Source: Clostridia bacterium (GTDB taxonomy: Bacteria > Bacillota > Clostridia > Oscillospirales > CAG-272). Taken from it: a DNA stretch of 64,000 nt. Below, piece after piece: positions 57,451 to 64,000 of the stretch; the stretch's first letter is position 1, and every line of letters starts with the position of its first letter. The stretch is taken from the NCBI GenBank assembly GCA_017520505.1, contig JAFXFN010000014.1, positions 1,115 to 65,114 on the forward strand. The letters are read 5' to 3'. A program made the translations under genes and the position numbers. The notes beneath the pieces are model-generated. The model worked only from the letters and a program-made list of their open reading frames with translations. It was not told the origin of the DNA and ran no database searches.

Positions 57451-58779
57451 TTATAAGCCTTTTTCACGTATATCGCTTACAAGCTCGGTATAAAATGCAC
57501 GCACGTCAAAATCATCTATGTTTTCACGGTTTAGATCTATCATATCTCCGTGAGATATTCCACGCTTGCCATTTGTACGCAAAAGTGTGTATTTTTCTCC
57601 CCAAGCAAACGATGATTCACCTACCAAACCGTCATTTTCGCCGTCAAAATTTTTCACGTAACGGTAAGATAAATTGAGAGGGAATCGTCCGCTATGCGGG
57701 TTTGTCATAACCGAGCCTACACTCTGGGTGTATATACCGCTCGGAAAAGATAATTTTTCGTTCAGTTTTTTGCAAGATTCCGCCGTAAGATCGTTGACTG
57801 CAGCCAAAAAATCAGGCGTTTCATCTCCAATGGCTCTCAACGTGGCATTATATGCGCTTGCAACCTTGTTTTTCACGTTTTCCGGCATAGCATACAAAAG
57901 CTTTTCGGCAAAAATACATCCTCTGTGAGGTGTGTTTATTGTTGTAAGGGAAGCTATGTAAGGCGCAATTCCGAACTCGGATATCGCATATCTGCAGTCA
58001 AGTCCGCCCTTTGAATGAGCTATTATATTTACCTTTTCGCATCCCGTACGATCAATTATAAGTTTTATTTTATAAGCAAGCTCACGTGCGCTTTCCTTGA
58101 TGGTGAGTGCTGACTGATGCTGACCGTAGTGTATCACCGCACCGTGTAATTTAAGCGTGTGCGGAACTCTGCCCCAATAATTGAATATGTTGCTGTCACG
58201 GAAAAAGATGCCGTGAATGAGGACGATGGGATATTTAGTTTTGCAGATATTTGCTAATTCCGGATTGTGCGAAACTGTTTCTTTTTCTATTTCAAATTCG
58301 ACCTCTCTTGAGGTAATGCGAATTAATTTCGTCAGTACCATCAGATTAAGTATAGGTATCATACCGCATAATGCACCTATTACACGCCATTTTATTCCCA
58401 TTTGAGTTGATGTGAAATAAAGACAAAGTATGCCGTTCCAGAAGATAACAGCTGAGGAAATTGTACAATACAGCGCACTGAATAAAAGAATTGTATATGA
58501 TTCCGGAATGGTGCGGATGGCAAGTAAAATATGCCAGATTATCGACGGAATAAGCGAAAACGCAAACAGTGTAAGAAGGACTGAACCGTGATTGCACAGC
58601 CTGATACGAAGTGTTTTTGTTCCGCGAGGTCTTATACCGGGTATAATATTCAATAGTATAAAAAGAGGTATTATCGGTATAAGAAGAAGCGGAGAAGCTT
58701 TTACAAGCACAAAACTGTTTACTAAAAAGCTGATGAGTATAAAATAGATTGTATTAACGAAAGTTATATATCTACGCAC
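57451..58779 (-). CDS. Membrane-anchored alpha/beta-hydrolase (lipase/esterase)
   Basis: GTG start with AGGAGG 6 nt upstream. There are about five N-terminal TM helices. Then PIVLIHGIF and the nucleophile elbow IIAHSKGG. Confidence 0.75.
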   Translation of the reverse strand: MRRYITFVNTIYFILISFLVNSFVLVKASPLLLIPIIPLFILLNIIPGIRPRGTKTLRIRLCNHGSVLLTLFAFSLIPSIIWHILLAIRTIPESYTILLFSALYCTISSAVIFWNGILCLYFTSTQMGIKWRVIGALCGMIPILNLMVLTKLIRITSREVEFEIEKETVSHNPELANICKTKYPIVLIHGIFFRDSNIFNYWGRVPHTLKLHGAVIHYGQHQSALTIKESARELAYKIKLIIDRTGCEKVNIIAHSKGGLDCRYAISEFGIAPYIASLTTINTPHRGCIFAEKLLYAMPENVKNKVASAYNATLRAIGDETPDFLAAVNDLTAESCKKLNEKLSFPSGIYTQSVGSVMTNPHSGRFPLNLSYRYVKNFDGENDGLVGESSFAWGEKYTLLRTNGKRGISHGDMIDLNRENIDDFDVRAFYTELVSDIREKGL

Positions 58780-58928
58780 GGCGCTCCTCCTTTGAGCTTG
58801 ATATTTTACTTTATTTCAGATGCACACCTTTTTGTACGAGTGAGGACTAACCCATAGTCGTGTATGGGGTTGCACTTGACCGCTATCTTCCGAGGTGTAA
58901 CCCCTTGCTTGTAAACGAAACTATGTAT

Positions 58929-59471
58929 TCATAGATGCGCAAGCTGTTTGAGGGTTAAATCTTTTTCGTTTTTGAGTTCAAGTTCTTTTTGTTCTGCCAT
59001 TTTAACGATGTACCATGCGTTTTCCATATCTGTATTGAAATCAATAACACACTTGCCTACTTGATTATATAAAGCGATAATCAAGCTTTTTTCATTTGTT
59101 TGTTCAACCACTCTTACGCATAAAATATCTTGCCACTTGATTTTCTTTTGGAAGAGCCAAAAGTAAGAACGAGATATTTTAGTATCATCAATATCGCATT
59201 TGAAGGAAAACGCAAACAAAGATAATGCAAAAAGTATAATACCTAAGCTAACTAATATAGCAAACAAATATCGTGTTTCATCCTTGATGAAAATCCAAAG
59301 AAAAGAGAACACAGCAACAATGATGAATGAGGCACAAATTCTTGCAAGCGTTTTTTTGCGTGGATGCTTGACAATGAAATGATCTGTGTACTCTATTTCC
59401 GGTTTTTTATCCGGAGTATCTTTCGCAAGCCCGAAAAGAAGCTCTAAAATTAATTCAACAAAGTGTCCCAT
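58929..59471 (-). CDS. Small two-TM membrane protein (paralog-like of 57007-57432)
   Basis: A two-TM hairpin with an IKDE turn followed by a PH-like soluble domain. Confidence 0.55.
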   Translation of the reverse strand: MGHFVELILELLFGLAKDTPDKKPEIEYTDHFIVKHPRKKTLARICASFIIVAVFSFLWIFIKDETRYLFAILVSLGIILFALSLFAFSFKCDIDDTKISRSYFWLFQKKIKWQDILCVRVVEQTNEKSLIIALYNQVGKCVIDFNTDMENAWYIVKMAEQKELELKNEKDLTLKQLAHL

Positions 59472-59613
59472 TCAATTCGTGCTCCTATGCTTTGTTTTTC
59501 TTTAATTATACTACAACTTTGTAAACATTTCAAATTTTTCACCGATTCGAATCTGTTGAGGGACCCGAAATACGTCTACAAAATTTAGAAAAACTTCAGA
59601 GTTGAAGGATTTA

Positions 59614-59791
59614 GTGAAATATTCGGCTTACGCCGAATGTGAAATAATTCACTTCGTGAATTGTGAAATATTGCTCCTTCGTCGCAATGTGAAATGAAAT
59701 TTGCCCACATTCGCGAAGCGAATATTTCACACGCCGCAGGCGTATTTCACATTTCGCAGAAATATTTCACTTGCCCGCAAGGGCAAATTTC
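59614..59791. repeat. Heptamer/hairpin array 2: GTGAAAT four times, then ATTTCAC three times, interleaved with seven short hairpins
   Basis: GTGAAAT lies at 59614, 59639, 59663 and 59689. ATTTCAC lies at 59724, 59744 and 59764. Hairpins lie at 59621-38, 59646-62, 59670-88, 59709-23, 59731-43, 59751-63 and 59771-86. There is an outer 11-bp inverted repeat, gaaatttgccc (59696-59706) and gggcaaatttc (59781-59791). Confidence 0.8.
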
Positions 59792-59879
59792 GTTGACAAA
59801 AGCACTTGCAATAGGCTACTTCTCATAAGGATGTTTTGACTATCATATGAAATGCCGATTGAAGAGTGCAAAACAGAAG

Positions 59880-59916
59880 AATCCATCACAGACTTTTGTC
59901 TGCGATGGATTTTTCT
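59880..59916 (+). terminator. Orphan rho-independent terminator
   Basis: aatccatcacagac-tttt-gtctgcgatggatt plus tttct. No plus-strand CDS lies upstream. Confidence 0.65.
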
Positions 59917-60004
59917 ATATGCTCCAAACCGATTGAGAGAACATTAAGGCGAAAGTTCTATTTTGAGTAGAGTGCCGAAGCAAAAACAAACATATGCTAA
60001 AAAG

Positions 60005-60047
60005 GAACGGCAAGGTCTGTAATTACAATGTTTGCCGTTCTTTTTTG
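60005..60047 (+). terminator. Second orphan rho-independent terminator
   Basis: gaacggcaa-N18-tttgccgttc plus tttttt. Confidence 0.65.
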
Positions 60048-60121
60048 CGCGCAATATGATAAAACAATGGCCAACTACATCAACTTCTTGCGAAAGTTCA
60101 TCAAAAGTTGCTCTAATTCTA

Positions 60122-60150
60122 TTGTAATGCTTACGAAAATATGTTATAAT
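60122..60150 (+). promoter_or_regulatory. Strong sigma-A promoter with an extended -10
   Basis: TTGTAA (60122-60127), a 17-nt spacer ending in TGT, then TATAAT (60145-60150). It lies about 95 nt upstream of ATG 60248. Confidence 0.6.
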
Positions 60151-60247
60151 ATAAAATGCAATCGGTATGTCTTGTAATGTAAGCTCGTTATTAGGGCTTT
60201 CCGGTGATAATTGATTGAAATGAAAGTTGATGTGAAAGGAGTAACTT

Positions 60248-60904
60248 ATGCCGTATTCACAGTACGATGTCGATCGCATCATCGAATTGATTAAAGAAAT
60301 TGAAAGCCGCAAGGAGCATCCCAACGCGGCGGCTACATACAAGGATATTCCTGCCCTGCAGGAGATCGACAGGATCGTAAATTCACAGCTTGAACTTCAC
60401 CCCTGTGACCGTGATACACTGGAAGACAGCATTGGTGCCATGCGATATCTCGGCACAGCTTATGAGCATATGTGGCGTGTTCCCTATGCGATAAGATACT
60501 ATAAAAGACTTTTGGAGCTGCAAGCGGAACTATTAAGTCGCTTCGGAGAGAATGATGAGAACTGCAAGGATGATTATTACACCGCTCTGCGCGCACGTAA
60601 CTATTACGGAAAGGACAGTTGCGACGATCTTGTCGAGTTGGCAAAAAAGCTTCTGCCGGAGGACAAGCGAAAAGAAGTTGAGAAGGAGATCTTTGAAGAT
60701 TTCCGTCCGCTGAAGCATGATCCCGTAGAGCTGACTCCAATGTATTTATCGGTCATTGACGAAGTTGAACGTCGAATGGATACCGATGAAGTAAAGAACA
60801 TGCACCATTTTCAAAGGAGCGATGTGTTTCGTCAGTTACTCCGAGAATACGGAATAGAATGGCGACCGGTTACCCTTCTGAACCCCGGTGTGCATTTTGA
60901 TTGA
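60248..60904 (+). CDS. Hypothetical alpha-helical (TPR-like) protein
   Basis: GAAAGGAG RBS, 218 aa. Helical repeat-like segments such as YLGTAYEHMWRVPYAIRYYKRLLEL. Confidence 0.6.
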   Translation: MPYSQYDVDRIIELIKEIESRKEHPNAAATYKDIPALQEIDRIVNSQLELHPCDRDTLEDSIGAMRYLGTAYEHMWRVPYAIRYYKRLLELQAELLSRFGENDENCKDDYYTALRARNYYGKDSCDDLVELAKKLLPEDKRKEVEKEIFEDFRPLKHDPVELTPMYLSVIDEVERRMDTDEVKNMHHFQRSDVFRQLLREYGIEWRPVTLLNPGVHFD

Positions 60905-60943
60905 ACGAATATAAACCCACAAGGAAACAACAAGGAGATAACG

Positions 60944-61177
60944 ATGGCAATGACAATAAGCTACAACAAGCTGTGGAAGGTACTTGTAGATAAGAAGATG
61001 AGCAAAGCAGACCTCAGACGAGCAACCGAAATGGCATCCAATACCATGACAAGCCTGCGACGTGACAAGAAGGTTTCGTTGGATGTTTTGCTCCGCATCT
61101 GCGAGGTTCTTGATTGTGATATCGGTGACATTATGAGTGTACACAAGGAAGAAACGGATAGCGACCGCAAGTTATAA
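60944..61177 (+). CDS. XRE/Cro-type helix-turn-helix DNA-binding protein
   Basis: KLWKVLVDKKMSKADLRRATEMASNTMTSLRRDKKVSLDVLLRICEVLDCDIGDIM is the typical short HTH_26-like layout. Confidence 0.8.
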   Translation: MAMTISYNKLWKVLVDKKMSKADLRRATEMASNTMTSLRRDKKVSLDVLLRICEVLDCDIGDIMSVHKEETDSDRKL

Positions 61178-61209
61178 GATAAAGAATCAGCGTCAAAGGA
61201 GGCGATCGC

Positions 61210-61440
61210 GTGGGCAAAACAAAGAAAATGAGAAAACTGATCAAGGCGGCTAAGATGGGCAAGCCCTATGCAATGTATCAGCTCGGCATCCGCTACCAGC
61301 TCGGGCGTGAACGCCCACAGGATATGAATAAGGCGGCAGCGTGGATCACCGATGCAGCCGAAGCGGGCTATACCCCGGCAATCGAATGGATGAAGGACTA
61401 TAGTTTTGATGATAACGCTTCTGTTCAGGCAGAAGCATAA
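61210..61440 (+). CDS. Sel1-repeat (TPR-like) protein
   Basis: GTG start with AAGGAGG 7 nt upstream. AAKMGKPYAMYQLGIRYQLGRERPQDMNKAAAWITDAAEAGYTPA is the Sel1 consensus. Confidence 0.7.
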   Translation: MGKTKKMRKLIKAAKMGKPYAMYQLGIRYQLGRERPQDMNKAAAWITDAAEAGYTPAIEWMKDYSFDDNASVQAEA

Positions 61441-61454
61441 GGGAGGAAGGCACG

Positions 61455-61937
61455 ATGGCAGATAAGAAGACTTTGGATGTCGTTTTTGAGAAGGTTGGCA
61501 ATCAACCGTTAAAGACCACAAAAGTATTGTGTGGAGCGTTTGGGCTTGGTCTCGCTGCAGCAAAAGGTATGGTGGATAAAGCACCGACAACTGTGGCAAA
61601 GGGACTCGACAGCGACAAGGCAATCGCTCTCAAAAAAGAACTGGAAGCTCTCGGCAATACCGTGTCTATCCCCGGTATGGAAACGAAAACGGAAGCTCCT
61701 GCAACGAAAAAAACCATCACGACGAAGAAGGCAGCGACGAAAAAGTCCGCACCCACTCCGTTGACAGTAGCTACAGCATCCAATGATGAATTCGATGCCA
61801 TCTTTGGTGGCAGTACCGCACAAAAGACTATAACAACGACAAAAGCTAAAGCCACACCCAAAGCAAAAACAAGCAAAGCAACTGCCGCATCCAATGATGA
61901 ATTTGACGCTATCTTCGGTAGCAATGAGTCGAAATAA
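61455..61937 (+). CDS. Non-ribosomal paralog of the ribosomal protein bL12 (L7/L12) C-terminal domain, with a K/T-rich tail carrying two SNDEFDAIFG motifs
   Basis: LDVVFEKVGNQPLKTTKVLCGAFGLGLAAAKGMVDKAPTTVAKGLDSDKAIALKKELEALGNTV aligns position by position with the E. coli bL12 CTD ([64 protein letters not shown]). There is no bL12 N-terminal dimerisation/hinge region. The tail repeats lie at about 61782-61820 and 61881-61919. Confidence 0.75.
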   Translation: MADKKTLDVVFEKVGNQPLKTTKVLCGAFGLGLAAAKGMVDKAPTTVAKGLDSDKAIALKKELEALGNTVSIPGMETKTEAPATKKTITTKKAATKKSAPTPLTVATASNDEFDAIFGGSTAQKTITTTKAKATPKAKTSKATAASNDEFDAIFGSNESK

Positions 61938-61948
61938 AAGGAGCAACT

Positions 61949-63853
61949 ATGAACGGTGAAGTGATATTATCCATATGCGCAGTATTGACGCTACTGATTT
62001 TCGCGGTTGGCGTTGTGCTGGTCATACTGAACAGAAAGGATCTCAAGCGAGTAGTTCGGATTCTTGGTGTATGCGTCTTTTTGATGCTGCTGTCGGGAAT
62101 CTATCCCTACTACGCTGAGGAAACATATGCCATAGGTCTTACGCTGGTTGAGAGTATGTGCGCAATGCTGTTAAACTCCAACCCCGGAGAAATCCTGGCG
62201 GGCTTTAACGGCTTTGACGTGGCATACATCCACGTATACAAAACGGCGCTTCTTGTATTGCTCATCGTTGCGCCCCTCTTCACCGTTGGTATTACTTTGT
62301 CCTTCTTCTCGGAGAAGTTCACGCGGATCGTGTATCGCGTTCGCTCGAACTTTAAGGATACCTACCTCTTTTCGGCGATCAACGAGCGTACGCTGTGTAT
62401 TGCCGAAGATATTGCAACAACACATAAAAAGGCGGTCATCGTCTTTGCACTGCGGATATCCAAGGAGGATATCGATGCAGAGACACTTGCACGCATTAAG
62501 GATATCAACGCATATGTGATCAATGACGATATCGTGCAGATCGGACACACACTTCGTCATGTCCGCAATTATTACCTATTGGGTACTGACAGCAGCGAAA
62601 ATCTTGATACCGGTCTTCGTCTTTACAAGAAGTACAATGGCGAGCATACCGATAAGGTCAATATGTGGCTCTACACCAAGAACGAGATCTCCGAGGTTAT
62701 CTTCGACCATCTGTACGAAACCTTCAACGTGCGGCTTATCAATGAAGAGGGGCTGATCGCAAGAGCTCTTGCTACCAACTATCCTCTCTACGATGCGGTG
62801 AAGGACGGAAAACTCTCAATTCTCCTTGTTGGCGGTGGTAATATCGGTCTTGAAATTCTCCGCACGCTGACGATGTGCTCCTGCCTCGGTGACGATGTGA
62901 AAGTGGATATCAACGTCATTGATCTTAACGGTGAAAAAGCAAAGGATACATTTGAAAAGACCTCACCCGCCCTTGCGGAGAAGTGGAATATCAAGTTTCA
63001 CAGCGCCGACATCAAGACTTCGAATTTCACCGAGGCACTGAACGGCATCGAACCTACATATATCGTTGTTTCCCTCGGCAGCGAAACGCTGAATATGGAA
63101 ACGGCACTTTATATTCGTCGAAAATACGGCATTGAAAATGGTCTGCCCCTTATCCATGCCCTTGTCGATCACAAGAGCATCGATGAACAGATTACGCCGA
63201 ACCTCTGCGTTTCGGATTGGAAATATAATACTGAACACCGCAAATTTGAAAGCACGCCGATCTGTTCCTTTGAGATTAAGACTTTCGGCAGCTACGAGGA
63301 CACCTACAAGGGATTGCGTATTGGAGCGTCTTACCGAGATTGTCTTGCTGTTGCGGTGAACGCTGCCAACCGTGGCATTACGGAGGTAGATAGCGTGAAT
63401 AATGCCGAAGCGCTCACCGACCTATATAATCAGGTGTGCTTTTACAAGGATTACTCCGATGCCTTTTCGGTATCGATCCCGTATAAGCTGTGGCTTCTCG
63501 GCTTAGAGCTTGCAGAGGATGGCAAGGGCGATGTTTCAGCTTTGGAAAGTGCTCTTGAAATATGCGCAGACAACCTCCGCAAGCACGAAAACAAACGTTA
63601 CGAAGCTTTCATGCGCGGCAAGGGCTGGACGCAGATGATGCCCGACGAGGTCGTGGACGGCAGAATGAGCAACAAGCTTCAGAAGAAGCACGCAAGGCTC
63701 GATACACAGTACACCGAGGCGCTGGAGCAGATGACAGGACGGGATTTTGCGAAAGAGGACGTTCGATCCATTATGAACCTCCCCACCGTCATTCGTCTTG
63801 CCAATGCGCTGTACGGTAAAAATTACTCGGTGAGAAAAAGGAGAAGCCTATGA
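61949..63853 (+). CDS. Membrane protein with Rossmann-type (GxGxxG) domain(s) and a C-terminal RyR-like motif
   Basis: Three to four N-terminal TM helices. KLSILLVGGGNIGLEILR is a dinucleotide-binding loop. LRKHENKRYEAFMRGKGWTQM resembles the HE..W....GW core of RyR domains. 634 aa. Confidence 0.6.
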   Translation: MNGEVILSICAVLTLLIFAVGVVLVILNRKDLKRVVRILGVCVFLMLLSGIYPYYAEETYAIGLTLVESMCAMLLNSNPGEILAGFNGFDVAYIHVYKTALLVLLIVAPLFTVGITLSFFSEKFTRIVYRVRSNFKDTYLFSAINERTLCIAEDIATTHKKAVIVFALRISKEDIDAETLARIKDINAYVINDDIVQIGHTLRHVRNYYLLGTDSSENLDTGLRLYKKYNGEHTDKVNMWLYTKNEISEVIFDHLYETFNVRLINEEGLIARALATNYPLYDAVKDGKLSILLVGGGNIGLEILRTLTMCSCLGDDVKVDINVIDLNGEKAKDTFEKTSPALAEKWNIKFHSADIKTSNFTEALNGIEPTYIVVSLGSETLNMETALYIRRKYGIENGLPLIHALVDHKSIDEQITPNLCVSDWKYNTEHRKFESTPICSFEIKTFGSYEDTYKGLRIGASYRDCLAVAVNAANRGITEVDSVNNAEALTDLYNQVCFYKDYSDAFSVSIPYKLWLLGLELAEDGKGDVSALESALEICADNLRKHENKRYEAFMRGKGWTQMMPDEVVDGRMSNKLQKKHARLDTQYTEALEQMTGRDFAKEDVRSIMNLPTVIRLANALYGKNYSVRKRRSL

Positions 63854-64000
63854 AACCGGAATTTGCATTGAAAATTGATTATGATAGATTCAAAGAGTAC
63901 ACGCGAGAGCAGATCGAAACGACGCGTGATGAGTGGATCGCCGCCTACCGAGAAATTGTGGAAAGCGATTCCTCAAAACAAGAGTTGTGCGATGCTCTTG
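63850..64000 (+). CDS. Hypothetical protein, 5' part (continues beyond the window)
   Basis: The ATGA overlap with the upstream stop suggests translational coupling. AAAGGAG RBS. MKPEFALKIDYDRFKEYTREQIETTRDEW... Confidence 0.55.
   Translation, partial: MKPEFALKIDYDRFKEYTREQIETTRDEWIAAYREIVESDSSKQELCDAL

Noticed and set aside
59614-59791. Whether the two heptamer/hairpin arrays (also 41671-41763) are CRISPR arrays
   Set aside because: The repeats are only 7 nt and the intervening units are 13-19 nt palindromes rather than unique spacers. The orientation flips mid-array, and no cas genes or leader occur in the window.
59944-60342. Track ORF of 132 aa on the minus strand
   Set aside because: It spans a rho-independent terminator, a consensus promoter and the 5' end of the plus-strand gene at 60248. 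It has no RBS and a low-complexity composition, so it is most likely non-coding.

Overview
This window looks like a low-GC Firmicutes (Clostridia) chromosome. A type-I dockerin module on one protein hints at a Ruminococcus-like organism, but I cannot verify that. I found no rRNA, tRNA or CRISPR.

Housekeeping blocks:
- a T-box-controlled aspS-gatC-gatA-gatB operon
- clpB
- glyQS
- a SulP transporter
- sugar-metabolism genes

Accessory material, in window order:
1. 1-5.3 kb and 8.2-8.8 kb hold decayed mobile DNA: IS3-type fragments, a tyrosine-integrase stump and a frameshifted EEP gene. A stand-alone caspase-fold protease sits among this debris.
2. 8.9-28.7 kb is a surface-appendage region.
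   - It starts with a SipW-type signal peptidase and three TasA/camelysin-like proteins.
   - Next comes a Spy0128-like pilin that has both a SipW-type leader and an IPPTG sorting signal.
   - A thioester-domain adhesin follows on the opposite strand.
   - The region ends with a sortase pilus operon: a 1444-aa beta-helix adhesin, a major pilin, a class C sortase, a minor pilin and a second sortase.
3. The GatA homolog has a degenerate amidase signature, and an intact asparaginase-family gene lies just upstream of its operon.
4. One ORF fuses a hexapeptide acyltransferase to a YbaK-type deacylase domain.
5. Two intergenic arrays (41.7 kb and 59.7 kb) are built from a locus-specific heptamer alternating with short GC-clamped hairpins. 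I cannot assign them to any known repeat class.
6. A tightly packed, apparently foreign operon runs from 60.2 kb past the window end.
   - It encodes an XRE-type HTH protein and a Sel1-repeat protein.
   - It also encodes a non-ribosomal L7/L12 C-terminal-domain paralog carrying duplicated SNDEFDAIFG motifs.
   - The largest gene is a membrane protein with a Rossmann fold and a RyR-like motif.

All calls rest on reading the translations and the DNA by eye. No database search was run.
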